Of a DNA stretch of 64,000 nt, positions 28,763 to 38,553 are shown piece by piece (position 1 is the first letter of the stretch; each line of letters begins with the position of its first letter). The stretch lies in IMG/VR virus record IMGVR_UViG_3300026116_000035. One strand, 5' to 3'. The position numbers and the translations under genes were made by a program. The notes beneath the pieces were generated by a model. The model was not told where the DNA came from and searched no databases. It worked only from the letters and a program-made list of their open reading frames with translations. Source of the stretch: a virus. Lineage: Duplodnaviria > Caudoviricetes.

Positions 28763-29311
28763 TTGAACAATTTTCAAAATAATAGCAAAAAACGAGACGT
28801 AACTTTAATTAATAATCAAATTAGATCAGCAAAAGTACAGTGTATTGATCATTTGCAGAATAATTTAGGATTAATTGAAACTTACAAAGCTCTTCAAATT
28901 GCTAGGGATAATGAGTTAGATTTAGTACAAATTTCTTTTAACGCTAAAGAAAATGTACCAACTTGCAAAATTTTAGATTATGGTAAATATAAGTACCAAA
29001 TTTCTAAAAATCAAAAAATGGCTGCAAAAAAGCAACGAGAATCTGAAATTAAAATTAAAGAAATAAAGTTGCGGCCATCTACAGAAATTAATGATCTAAA
29101 AGTAAAAGCTGCAAAAACTCAAGAAATATTGGACGATGGTGATAAAGTTAGGGTAAATATTGTATTTAAAGGTCGAGAAGTTAATTATAAAGAAATAGCT
29201 TTTGAACAATTTAATACATTCATTCAGTTAGTTGAAAATGCTGATGTAATAGAAAAACCGTCATTAAATGGTAAAATTCTTACTGCTTTAATTGGTAAAA
29301 AAGCTGCATGA
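28763..29311 (+). CDS. infC: translation initiation factor IF-3
   Basis: INNQIR, DLVQI...PTCKILDYGKYKY, KEIKLRP..EINDL..K, GDKVRV...FKGRE; TTG start. Confidence 0.95.
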   Translation: MNNFQNNSKKRDVTLINNQIRSAKVQCIDHLQNNLGLIETYKALQIARDNELDLVQISFNAKENVPTCKILDYGKYKYQISKNQKMAAKKQRESEIKIKEIKLRPSTEINDLKVKAAKTQEILDDGDKVRVNIVFKGREVNYKEIAFEQFNTFIQLVENADVIEKPSLNGKILTALIGKKAA

Positions 29312-29811
29312 TAATTACTGACGAAAAATTACTTCGCGTAAAATGTGAAAATGTTTTACCAGAAGAAATCGGGTCTTTAATAGATCAACTGGAAAGAGAA
29401 CTAAAAAGAGCTGGTAACGGGATTGGTTTAGCTGCTCCGCAAATTGGTATAGCTAAAAATGCTGCAATAATTCGAATTAATCAAAATTATTCTATGAATT
29501 TAATAAATTGTAGAATAGAAAAAGGTTATGATGAAGAAATTTTTGAAGATGAAGGATGTTTATCTTTTCCTGGTAAATATGTAAAAACATTACGATATTC
29601 AGAGATTTATGTTGTTGATAACTTAGGAGAGGTAAATTCGTTTATTGCTCAAGGATTACCAGCAGTTGTAATACAGCATGAATTAAATCATTTGAATGGA
29701 ATTTTGTTGCCAGATTTAGAAATAAAACAAGCAGTTAAATCAAAAGTTCGGCCAAATGATCCTTGTTCTTGCAATTCAGGTAAAAAAGCAAAACGATGTT
29801 GTTTTAAATAG
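29308..29811 (+). CDS. def: peptide deformylase with C-terminal SEC-C motif
   Basis: GIGLAAPQIG, EGCLSFPG, QHELNHLNG; tail RPNDPCSCNSGKKAKRCC. Confidence 0.93.
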   Translation: MIITDEKLLRVKCENVLPEEIGSLIDQLERELKRAGNGIGLAAPQIGIAKNAAIIRINQNYSMNLINCRIEKGYDEEIFEDEGCLSFPGKYVKTLRYSEIYVVDNLGEVNSFIAQGLPAVVIQHELNHLNGILLPDLEIKQAVKSKVRPNDPCSCNSGKKAKRCCFK

Positions 29812-29819
29812 GAAGTAAT

Positions 29820-30065
29820 ATGAATAAAGATAATGATGAATTAGAAAAAATTTCAGCTGAAGTTAAAAAACTATCAGAAGATAGAGATCTTTTTGATGCA
29901 CTTTTAGCAGAACTATTATTAAAAGTTAATACAGTAGAAAAAATATTAATTGATAATAAAATTATTTCTATTGAAGAATATAATAAAGTGTTTACTAATT
30001 CTGTTAATAAAATGACTGATATTTTAAACCAAACTAAAAAAATTCCAGAAGGTCAAGTAAATTGA
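29820..30065 (+). CDS. hypothetical protein
   Basis: 81-aa ORF. Confidence 0.7.
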   Translation: MNKDNDELEKISAEVKKLSEDRDLFDALLAELLLKVNTVEKILIDNKIISIEEYNKVFTNSVNKMTDILNQTKKIPEGQVN

Positions 30066-30367
30066 TTAAATTAGAAAAAGCTGAAGATTTAAATGTAAGT
30101 AATGGTCTTTTTGCTATTAAATTTACTGCTGAATGGTGTGGTCCGTGTAAAAAACAGCAGCCAAATATTGATAAGATGGAAGAAGAATTTCCAAATGTTC
30201 AATTTATTTCTATTGATGTTGATTTAATTAAGGATTTTAATACAACTTATAATGTAAAATCGTTGCCTTTATTAGTCTTAGTTAAAGATGGAGTTGAAAT
30301 AAATAGAATTGTAGGGATGACATTAGTAGCACCGTTGAGAACTGCCTTTATAAATTTCACTAAATAA
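30062..30367 (+). CDS. trxA: thioredoxin
   Basis: FTAEWCGPCK, VKSLP, DG.EINRIVG. Confidence 0.93.
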   Translation: MIKLEKAEDLNVSNGLFAIKFTAEWCGPCKKQQPNIDKMEEEFPNVQFISIDVDLIKDFNTTYNVKSLPLLVLVKDGVEINRIVGMTLVAPLRTAFINFTK

Positions 30368-30422
30368 ATAATTTTACTGATATATTTTAGTTGATAAGTT
30401 TTGTTAAAAGAAAGAGGATAAT

Positions 30423-30734
30423 ATGGCTGATGAAAAAGAAGTAAAGAAATTTGAATCTGAATTAATTTGGGATGAAATTAAAGATCTTAGTATTGATATG
30501 TTTGGTTTACCTAATCAAAAAATATCGCAATATGTAACTCCAATTAATAAAATTCCTGGGAGTAAATTGTATGTAAAGATATCAGTATCGTCCGTAATTA
30601 CGTCATTAGAGAATGCAATTTCTCATAAATTTGATGTAAATCAGGGTGATACGTATATTACAATTGAGCGAAAAGCAGCACAGCCAGTAGAAATTTCTGA
30701 TGTTTTGCCGAATCGTTCAAAAAAGACTAAGTAA
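30423..30734 (+). CDS. hypothetical protein
   Basis: 103 aa; GAGG upstream. Confidence 0.75.
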   Translation: MADEKEVKKFESELIWDEIKDLSIDMFGLPNQKISQYVTPINKIPGSKLYVKISVSSVITSLENAISHKFDVNQGDTYITIERKAAQPVEISDVLPNRSKKTK

Positions 30735-30750
30735 TTTTATTTTAAATAAA

Positions 30751-31107
30751 ATGGCTGGAATTTGTAGTAGAAAATATCCTCATGCTATTTATTGGTATAA
30801 AAAGGGTACAGAAATTCTACATAGAGAAGATGGACCAGCTATAGAGCAGACCAATGGAACTAAATTATGGTATCAAAATGGATTATGTCATAGGATAAGT
30901 GGTCCAGCTGTAGAATTTTATGATGGTGCTAAACATTGGTATCAAAATGGAGAACGTCATAGAACGGATGGCCCGGCGATAGATAATAATATCTATGACG
31001 GGAACAAAGATTGGGATTATGCTGATCAAGAATATTGGTTATATGGAAAATATTATCCAAATATTAAAACTGACGAAGAATGGATTATATTTCAAATAAT
31101 AAATTAA
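30751..31107 (+). CDS. HR-x-DGPA repeat protein (array B, 3 repeats)
   Basis: HREDGPA, HRISGPA, HRTDGPA; ends TDEEWIIFQIIN; start set to ATG 30751. Confidence 0.85.
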   Translation: MAGICSRKYPHAIYWYKKGTEILHREDGPAIEQTNGTKLWYQNGLCHRISGPAVEFYDGAKHWYQNGERHRTDGPAIDNNIYDGNKDWDYADQEYWLYGKYYPNIKTDEEWIIFQIIN

Positions 31108-31108
31108 T

Positions 31109-31438
31109 ATGATTAAAGTATATTTTGAAAAAAATAAATATGGAACTATTTGTTGGTATAAAGAAGGAACTAAAATTCCTCATAGAGAAGATGGTCCAGC
31201 TAAAGAATATTCAAATAGATCTAAAGAATGGTACTATGATGGAGAACTCCATAGAGCAGATGGTCCAGCTATAGATTATATTGATGGATATAAAGAATAT
31301 TGGTTAAATGGATTATGTCATAGAAAGGATGGCCCAGCAATAATATTGAATGGAAGTGGATATTATTATCTGAATGATAAATATTATCCAAATATCACTA
31401 CAGATGAAGAATGGTTGATATTTCAAATAATTAATTAA
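31109..31438 (+). CDS. HR-x-DGPA repeat protein (array B, 3 repeats)
   Basis: HREDGPA, HRADGPA, HRKDGPA; ends TDEEWLIFQIIN. Confidence 0.85.
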   Translation: MIKVYFEKNKYGTICWYKEGTKIPHREDGPAKEYSNRSKEWYYDGELHRADGPAIDYIDGYKEYWLNGLCHRKDGPAIILNGSGYYYLNDKYYPNITTDEEWLIFQIIN

Positions 31439-31439
31439 T

Positions 31440-31703
31440 ATGACTAAAGTATATTCAAAAAAAGACGAATATGGAAATATTCGTTGGTACAAAACAGGTA
31501 CAAATCTTCTTCATAGGGAAGATGGTCCAGCTTTAGAATGGAATGATGGAACAAAATGGTGGTATCAAAATGATAGACGCCACAGAACAGATGGCCCTGC
31601 AATAGAATATATTAATGGATTTAAATATTACTATTTAAATGGGAAATATTATCCAGATATTAAAACCGATAAAGAATGGATTATATTTCAAATTATAAAT
31701 TAA
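31440..31703 (+). CDS. HR-x-DGPA repeat protein (array B, 2 repeats)
   Basis: HREDGPA, HRTDGPA; ends TDKEWIIFQIIN. Confidence 0.85.
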   Translation: MTKVYSKKDEYGNIRWYKTGTNLLHREDGPALEWNDGTKWWYQNDRRHRTDGPAIEYINGFKYYYLNGKYYPDIKTDKEWIIFQIIN

Positions 31704-31898
31704 ATGACTAAATCATATTGTGGAAAAAATGAATATGGAAATATTTATTAGTTTAAAGAAGGTACGAAAATTTCTCATAGTGAAGATGGACCAGCTATAG
31801 AATATAATGATGGAGAAAAAGAATATTGGTTAAATGATATTTGTTATCCAGACATTAAAACTGATGAAGAATGGTTAATATTTCAAATAATTAATTAA
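31704..31898 (+). pseudogene. HR-x-DGPA family pseudogene (array B, 1 repeat)
   Basis: In-frame TAG at 31749 where paralogues have TGG (Trp); continues HSEDGPA...TDEEWLIFQIIN. Confidence 0.8.
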
Positions 31899-31979
31899 TA
31901 TTTTAAATTATCGATATATTAAATAATCAAGGCTAAAATATGAATATTAATACCATAATAGGAATTATCGAGCGTTTAC

Positions 31980-32429
31980 GTGGGTGAGTTGTATCTTATA
32001 CTTGGATGTTTTGGAAGGAATGATGATGGATTTGTAAGCTGTTCTAGCTGTGAAAACAAAATCCTAAATGTAAACGCTCGTCTTGATAAATATAACGAAA
32101 TTATGGACTATTTGGAAGCTTGCCGTCTTTTTGACAGACCGATTTTTGAATATAGTACTATAGCTCATTTTATTAAAAATATGCAGGATAGATACGATCA
32201 AATAGCCGTTGGTCGTAGATTATGGTCAGAAAAACAGTATAATCTTTATTTAAAATTTATTGCCGAACATAAATTATGCGGATGTTACGTTAAATTAGCG
32301 TTATTAGACCAAAATACGGTCGAAAAACTCACTCCTGAAGAAAAAGGAGTAATTATTAAAGCTCAAAAAAATGAAGAATTAAAAATTAACCCCAAAGTTA
32401 ATTTAAAATTAATCAAATTTCGTAGATAA
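31980..32429 (+). CDS. hypothetical protein
   Basis: 149 aa, GTG start; CSSC and HKLCGC. Confidence 0.7.
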   Translation: MGELYLILGCFGRNDDGFVSCSSCENKILNVNARLDKYNEIMDYLEACRLFDRPIFEYSTIAHFIKNMQDRYDQIAVGRRLWSEKQYNLYLKFIAEHKLCGCYVKLALLDQNTVEKLTPEEKGVIIKAQKNEELKINPKVNLKLIKFRR

Positions 32430-32465
32430 TAATTTAGCATAATAATACAACCCGCAGGAGCAATA

Positions 32466-32657
32466 ATGAATTCTAATTCAGATGAAGAATATTTTATTTT
32501 GGCCGGACTTGAAATTCTCGAGTCCAGGAAAAGTTCTTCTAAATCTATTCATTGTTATGGATGCGGTAATTTAATTAAATCTGGATCTTTGTTAGTTTGT
32601 GCCGAATGTTTATCTGGCGAATGTGAAACATTTGAAGAATTAGCAATTGATGATTAA
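32466..32657 (+). CDS. small zinc-finger protein
   Basis: CYGC...CAEC; AGGAG RBS. Confidence 0.7.
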   Translation: MNSNSDEEYFILAGLEILESRKSSSKSIHCYGCGNLIKSGSLLVCAECLSGECETFEELAIDD

Positions 32658-32671
32658 TTTCGTATACATAT

Positions 32672-32911
32672 GTGACACTTTTTAAGAATCCATTAATAAT
32701 ACATCTTTTAATTGTAAAATGTCAATTAAATTATTTAGAATCCATTTTAGACACAAATGATTCTGATGAATGGCCGGAAGGTTATTATGGAGAAATTTTA
32801 TTAGCCACAGATAGATTTTATCGAATTCGTGACAAATTAGTTAAAATTTCTTCAGAAGATTCAATTGATAAAATATTATGGATGTTATATAAAAATGCAG
32901 GAGAATGTTAA
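32672..32911 (+). CDS. hypothetical protein
   Basis: 79-aa ORF. Confidence 0.6.
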   Translation: MTLFKNPLIIHLLIVKCQLNYLESILDTNDSDEWPEGYYGEILLATDRFYRIRDKLVKISSEDSIDKILWMLYKNAGEC

Positions 32912-33165
32912 TGGTAAATGAATTAGATTTAATAACAGCATTAGATGAATCTTTAAAGTTATCTTTTGAAGAAACTAATAATTTTTATTTTAAAGTTAAA
33001 AATGTAATTGAAAATTCTACTCCAGATGAAGCTTCGAGAGTTATTTTAGCTTCTGTTGTAGAAATATTAAATAAATCAAACGAGAAAATTAAAGATAAAT
33101 TACTTCCAGGACCAGATGGTGGAGTTAAAATTGTTAGTGGTCTTTTTAGACGAGTACCTTCCTGA
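32905..33165 (+). CDS. hypothetical protein
   Basis: 86-aa ORF. Confidence 0.7.
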   Translation: MLMVNELDLITALDESLKLSFEETNNFYFKVKNVIENSTPDEASRVILASVVEILNKSNEKIKDKLLPGPDGGVKIVSGLFRRVPS

Positions 33166-33188
33166 TATCAATATTTTCTTATAATATT

Positions 33189-33410
33189 ATGAGAAAAATT
33201 GCTGAAAAAAACATTTCAAATAGAAATAGAGCCATTAGAAAAGCTTTGTTAGCTAGATTATTAAAGCAAAATGAAAATGGTGAAATAAGTAATTTACAAC
33301 ATCCAGGAAGAATTACAAAAGAATATATCTCTCCAATAGATAGAAGTTCAAATAATTATGGATATATGACTATGAGCGAAATGGGCTCTGGATCTTCAAT
33401 TGTTTCATAA
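33189..33410 (+). CDS. hypothetical protein (possible virion protein)
   Basis: 73 aa; begins MRKIAEK. Confidence 0.65.
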   Translation: MRKIAEKNISNRNRAIRKALLARLLKQNENGEISNLQHPGRITKEYISPIDRSSNNYGYMTMSEMGSGSSIVS

Positions 33411-33422
33411 AAGGATATTTAA

Positions 33423-33815
33423 ATGCGTACAGTAACAGAAAATTTAAAAGAACGATTAGTTGCCCAAGCTGAAGAGGCTAAACTTCAAGGTTTAACTAAA
33501 ACAGCCGCTCATTTAATAAATCAAGCTGAAAATGTTGAAGTTAGAGCTAATTTACAATCTTACACATATTCTAATGAAGATTTTCAGAATGATGTGGAAG
33601 ATTCAATTTGGAAAGCTGTCATTCGATTTGCTGATTTCCATAATGCGTCTATAGATGCAATTCAAGCTCAAGATATTGTTGAAAAAGTAGCAAAAGATTT
33701 AGTATCAGAATTAAGAGCAAAAACTGGAATGAGTCATGGTATTGGAGCTTTTGAGCCTACAGTAGCTGGAGAATCAAGACAAACCTTAATTTTATCGGTT
33801 GAAGAAGATGAATGA
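33423..33815 (+). CDS. hypothetical protein (possible virion protein)
   Basis: 130 aa; AAGGA RBS; TKTAA and EKVAK motifs. Confidence 0.75.
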   Translation: MRTVTENLKERLVAQAEEAKLQGLTKTAAHLINQAENVEVRANLQSYTYSNEDFQNDVEDSIWKAVIRFADFHNASIDAIQAQDIVEKVAKDLVSELRAKTGMSHGIGAFEPTVAGESRQTLILSVEEDE

Positions 33816-34233
33816 AAAAGTAAAGTTAGATAATACTAAATCAAGATTTGCAAAAAAAGCAGAAGAGCAAAAAAAGCAAGAAGCTCAATTTGATCAATCT
33901 GTAGATGATTATCAAAAAAATCAAGCGGCTCTTGTTAAAAAAGCTAGTGAATTATCTTCACAATTTATGTCTTATATAAAGGACCAAAGGCTTAATTTAC
34001 CGGAAAATAAAGGTCCAGTTTTAATCGAAATGGAAAAACAAATCTGTAAAGAACTTACGGATTTATCATTAGAATTAAATCAAGATCAAAGTCAACCGGA
34101 GGGAATTGGTTCGGCTGGCATGATTTTATTATTATTAAAAACTGTATTAGTACAGAGGGATTTTATAAATGAATTGCGTTATGATATTTCTAAATTAAAG
34201 AAAAATTCGAGTGCGTCTGGTAATGGCGAATAA
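33808..34233 (+). CDS. hypothetical coiled-coil protein
   Basis: ORF; start set to ATG 33808. Confidence 0.7.
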   Translation: MNEKVKLDNTKSRFAKKAEEQKKQEAQFDQSVDDYQKNQAALVKKASELSSQFMSYIKDQRLNLPENKGPVLIEMEKQICKELTDLSLELNQDQSQPEGIGSAGMILLLLKTVLVQRDFINELRYDISKLKKNSSASGNGE

Positions 34234-34423
34234 AATTTTAGATATAGATTATATTTTAACTCTCCTTTCGGATGAAAAAGAGAGTTATTCACAATATGTA
34301 AGCATTTGCGAGAAATACAAAATACAATTGGATCCGATAGTGACAGCTGTCTCAATAGCGAGGCAGGAGATCTTATTGAAGATTCTGGATGGGAAATCGA
34401 ATCAGATTCAATTTCATCCATAG
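34223..34423 (+). CDS. hypothetical protein overlapping the CHC2 gene
   Basis: MANKILDIDYILTLLSDEKESY...QIQFHP; ATG overlaps the previous gene's end. Confidence 0.55.
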   Translation: MANKILDIDYILTLLSDEKESYSQYVSICEKYKIQLDPIVTAVSIARQEILLKILDGKSNQIQFHP

Positions 34424-34995
34424 AGGAAAAATCTAAAGAATTTGAATGGAAATTAATTAAATTAGCTAATCAAAAGGTTGATTTAATGAATATATTCAAA
34501 TCATTGAATATATCATTTAGTAATATTATTTATAGTCCTAGTGGTTGGACTCATAATACAAATTGCCCTTTTAAAGACCATAATGATCAAAGTCCATCAT
34601 TTTGGTATAATTCCGTAGATAACTTTTTTAAGTGTCACGGATGTCAAAAAGGCGGTGGAGCTGTTCAATTTTTATCATTTTTTAATAATAAACCGCAAAT
34701 TGAAATAGCTAAAGATTTACTAGCTAAGTATGGCGATTTAGAAGATGTAGTTGAAGAAATTGATGACGAATTAAGAAAAAAAGTTGATAATTTAATATTA
34801 ACATCTTCTGAATATTTTAAAAATTTTATGAAAACTCATTCAGATGAGCCTAAATTATTAAATTTTGCTGAAAATTTATTATGGAGTTTAGATATTTATT
34901 TGGAACGGTTAAATTTAGCCAAAAATAATATCGAGATAGAAAATTTAGAAGCCAGAATAAATATTATGAAAAGAAAGTTGGCTAAATTTGAGTAA
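34306..34995 (+). CDS. CHC2 zinc-finger protein (DnaG primase zinc-binding domain, stand-alone)
   Basis: CPFKDHNDQSPSF...FFKCHGCQKGGGAVQF; no TOPRIM domain. Confidence 0.85.
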   Translation: MREIQNTIGSDSDSCLNSEAGDLIEDSGWEIESDSISSIEEKSKEFEWKLIKLANQKVDLMNIFKSLNISFSNIIYSPSGWTHNTNCPFKDHNDQSPSFWYNSVDNFFKCHGCQKGGGAVQFLSFFNNKPQIEIAKDLLAKYGDLEDVVEEIDDELRKKVDNLILTSSEYFKNFMKTHSDEPKLLNFAENLLWSLDIYLERLNLAKNNIEIENLEARINIMKRKLAKFE

Positions 34996-36187
34996 AACAT
35001 TAATTATTGGCGACGTCCATATAGGAAAAGGCTTATCTTTAGGTAAGCCTGGTATCGGAAATGCCTTTAATAGCCGTATAAATGATCAAATTCGGCTATT
35101 AGACTGGATTATTGATGTTATTGAAGAAAATCAAGTTGATAGAGTTATTTTAACTGGTGATATTTTTGAAGATACAAGGCCTGAGTTTTATTTATTTAAA
35201 ATATTTATTGATTGGTTAAAACGATTAGAATTACAAAGTGTAGATTGTCATATTATTTCTGGAAATCATGATATAAAACGTTCTGGAAATGTATATTCTT
35301 CTGTTTTAGATATTATTTCTAGTTTAGATTTTGAGCATATTTTTTATCATAAATCTTTAACAACAGTACATACTCCTGGCGTTTCTTTTACTCTTTTGCC
35401 ATATAAAGATCGTAGAGGGATGAATGCTGAAACGAATACTCAAGCATTAAAATCTATAGAAGATTGTATTAGTTATGAAGTTTCAGGTATTCCTCATGAT
35501 GATATTAAGGTTTTAGTAGGACATTTAGCTTTAGAAAATTCCATATATGTTGGTGATGAAATTGATGATTTTCAAAATGAATTAATTTGTCCATTATCTT
35601 TATTTTTAAATTATCAATACACTTGGATGGGACATGTTCATCGTCCTCAAATAGCCAGTTATAAACCTCATATAGCCCATATTGGAAGTCTTGATTTATC
35701 GGATTATGGTGAAACAAATCATACAAAAATTTTGATATTATTTGATCCTAATCTTGAAGACCATTTTAAAGAAATTCCTGTTCCATCTAGGCCTTTACGT
35801 AGATTAAAAATTTCTATACCAGAAAATAATGATTCTACAGAATATGTTATTGAAGCAGTTAAGACTCATAATGAAACATTAAATTATAAAAATGCGTTAG
35901 TTAAATTAGAAATAACGATAAATGGGGAACAAGTTGGAGTTGATAAGAAAAAAATCGAAGAATTTATTTATTCTTTAGGTGCTTTTTATATTTCCAATAT
36001 TTCCGAGTCGAGAAATATTTCTGTAGTAACTCAAGAAAAAAGAGAACTTGTTGATAATACTGTAGATCCTAAATCTGCAATTAAATTATATGCTTCGTCT
36101 ATGACATTTAAAAATGATGATGAAAAAAATGCTTTTATAAAAGAATGCTTTCTAGTTATAGATGAGTACAAAGAAAGTGGTAAATAA
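34988..36187 (+). CDS. sbcD: SbcD/Mre11-like nuclease subunit
   Basis: IIGDVHIG, LTGDIF, SGNHD, VGHL, MGHVH. Confidence 0.9.
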   Translation: MSKTLIIGDVHIGKGLSLGKPGIGNAFNSRINDQIRLLDWIIDVIEENQVDRVILTGDIFEDTRPEFYLFKIFIDWLKRLELQSVDCHIISGNHDIKRSGNVYSSVLDIISSLDFEHIFYHKSLTTVHTPGVSFTLLPYKDRRGMNAETNTQALKSIEDCISYEVSGIPHDDIKVLVGHLALENSIYVGDEIDDFQNELICPLSLFLNYQYTWMGHVHRPQIASYKPHIAHIGSLDLSDYGETNHTKILILFDPNLEDHFKEIPVPSRPLRRLKISIPENNDSTEYVIEAVKTHNETLNYKNALVKLEITINGEQVGVDKKKIEEFIYSLGAFYISNISESRNISVVTQEKRELVDNTVDPKSAIKLYASSMTFKNDDEKNAFIKECFLVIDEYKESGK

Positions 36188-38352
36188 TGCTTCCTAGACG
36201 AATTTATATGTTAAATTTTATGGGTCATATCGAAACTGATATTGATTGTACCAAATTTAATTCATGTTTAATTGTTGGAAAAAATAAGAAAAATCCTAAT
36301 ATTTCCAATGGAGTAGGCAAAAGTACGATTTATAAAGCTATAGATTTCGTTTTATATGGTGAATATGCATGTGATAAAATTGAAGAAATTATTCGAGATG
36401 AAGCAGAACTTTGTAAGGTGATTTTTGAATTTGAATTAGAAAATGCAATTTATCAGATTATTAGACAAAGATCTAAAAGCGGAACTCATATATATTTAAA
36501 TCAATTTATTGGTGATAAATGGGAATCTTTAACTGCAAAAACTAATACGCAAACAGAAGCTGAATTACATAAATTAATTAAAATATCATATAAAGCATTT
36601 AAAAATTCAATTTCTTTTGCTCAATCGGATTTAGAAGGAATTTGTTCAGCTACGCCGGATAAAAGAAAAGAATTATTAAAAGAGCCGTTAAATATTAGTA
36701 TTTATAACAAATTTCACAAAATAGCTAAAAAACGATTAGATGATCAGAATAAAGAATTAGATAGAAATAATTATGGAATTCAAGCCTTAGGTTCGCCAGA
36801 AAAAGAATTAGAAGAAATATTTAATAAAATTAAGATAGCTGAAAATGAAATCTTATTAAAACGTAAACAATATGATGATTCTCAAAATGAATTAATTAAG
36901 AAAAAAGTAGAATTATCAGAATTACAAAAATTAATTAAATCGGAATCTACTGATATTAACGCTCAATTACTTGAAGTTAAGCAAAGAATTAGAGAAGTTG
37001 AAACTGAATTATCTAGAACTAATTCAGAACATTCTTCATCTTCCAAAAAAATGGAAGAATTTAAAAAAGATTTAGCGTTAAAATTATCAGGATTGCAAGA
37101 TAAAGTAGATAATTTAAAAAAACTTAAATCTGAAGAATTAAGAACACCATTAACTATACAAAATGAGTTAGATTCATTTATTGAAAAAGAGCAGCGTGGT
37201 AGAGTTTTAATCGCAAAATTAGAAGCAGATAAAATTAAGTTCAGCCAATCTATTCCAGAAATTGGCGAATGTGTAATGTGTTTTCAAGAAATTACCAATA
37301 ATCATCGCGAAAAATGTCTGGAAGAAGCTAATAAAAATCTTGAAACCGTATTAAATGAATTAAAAAAATACAATGACGGTATGGAAAAATGTATTTCTAG
37401 ACGTAAAAAATTAGAATTAGAGCAACGTGAAACTGCTAAAAAATTAGCTCAAATTGATTCTATGGAGCTTGAAATAGCTAATTGGAAAAATAATATAAAT
37501 AAAACTCAAGAATTAGTTAATCAATATAATGGCACAATAGATTTAAAAAATACAGATTTATTAAGATTAAATTCATCATTAGAATCTTTAAAAGCCAAAC
37601 AAGTTATTCTTGTAAATAATTTAAAAAAGACTAATATAAATGAATTAAATATTAAAATTGATAATATTAATATTTTAATATCTAAACTTGAAAATGAAAA
37701 TAAACAATTACTTCAACAAATTTCTTCAGCTGACACTTTATTAGGTATTTTAAAAGAGAAGAAAGTAAATACTGAAGAAAATATTTTAAAACTAAAAATA
37801 TTATTAAATGAAAAAATAGATATAGAAAATAAAATATCTTTACAAATTAAAGTTGTAAAAGCTTATTCTTCTCATGGAATTCCTTCGTTAATTATAAATA
37901 CAATTTTAGATGATCTGCAAATTGAAGCTAATATGTTATTGGCTCAATTACGTCCCAGCCTTCAATTTCAATTTAAGTTAGACAAAAATGATGAAGACGT
38001 TTTAGATATTATTTATAAAGTTCATGATAAAGAAAGAAGTTATCGTTTGCTTTCAGGTGGGCAAAAGATGATGATTAATATTTGTATGAAATTAGCTTTA
38101 TCTAAAATTATTCAAAGAAGATTAGGTGTTGATATTAAGTTTATTTTATTAGATGAGGTAGATCAATCTTTAGATAAATCTGGTGTAGATGATTTAGCCG
38201 AAGTAATTAAAAAATGGCAAAATAACTTTAAAATTTTCCTAATTACACATAATAGAGAATTAAAAGAAAAATTCTCTGATTTTATTATTGTTGAAGGAGA
38301 AGATAGGCAAGGAAGTAAGGCTCATTATTCTACAAGTTGGGATGAAGTATAA
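36187..38352 (+). CDS. sbcC: SbcC/Rad50-like SMC ATPase
   Basis: Walker A NGVGKST, zinc hook CVMC, signature LSGGQ, LLDEVDQSLD, H-loop ITHN. Confidence 0.92.
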   Translation: MLPRRIYMLNFMGHIETDIDCTKFNSCLIVGKNKKNPNISNGVGKSTIYKAIDFVLYGEYACDKIEEIIRDEAELCKVIFEFELENAIYQIIRQRSKSGTHIYLNQFIGDKWESLTAKTNTQTEAELHKLIKISYKAFKNSISFAQSDLEGICSATPDKRKELLKEPLNISIYNKFHKIAKKRLDDQNKELDRNNYGIQALGSPEKELEEIFNKIKIAENEILLKRKQYDDSQNELIKKKVELSELQKLIKSESTDINAQLLEVKQRIREVETELSRTNSEHSSSSKKMEEFKKDLALKLSGLQDKVDNLKKLKSEELRTPLTIQNELDSFIEKEQRGRVLIAKLEADKIKFSQSIPEIGECVMCFQEITNNHREKCLEEANKNLETVLNELKKYNDGMEKCISRRKKLELEQRETAKKLAQIDSMELEIANWKNNINKTQELVNQYNGTIDLKNTDLLRLNSSLESLKAKQVILVNNLKKTNINELNIKIDNINILISKLENENKQLLQQISSADTLLGILKEKKVNTEENILKLKILLNEKIDIENKISLQIKVVKAYSSHGIPSLIINTILDDLQIEANMLLAQLRPSLQFQFKLDKNDEDVLDIIYKVHDKERSYRLLSGGQKMMINICMKLALSKIIQRRLGVDIKFILLDEVDQSLDKSGVDDLAEVIKKWQNNFKIFLITHNRELKEKFSDFIIVEGEDRQGSKAHYSTSWDEV

Positions 38353-38406
38353 TGGGATATAATTTTTTAATATTATTTATAATTTGGCTTTTAATTGCAT
38401 AAAAAT

Positions 38407-38553
38407 ATGATTAAGAATATTTATTTTATTTTTCTTTATTTTATTATTATTGCTGTTAGTGTAAATTCAATTGCCCTATTTAGCGTTTGTTTACTGTTTA
38501 TAATTACATTTTTATATTTAGTAATAAATTTAAAAAATTGGAATAAAATATGA
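38407..38553 (+). CDS. small membrane protein (48 aa, not in ORF track)
   Basis: MIKNIYFIFLYFIIIAVSVNSIALFSVCLLFIITFLYLVINLKNWNKI; ATGA overlap with the next gene. Confidence 0.5.
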   Translation: MIKNIYFIFLYFIIIAVSVNSIALFSVCLLFIITFLYLVINLKNWNKI

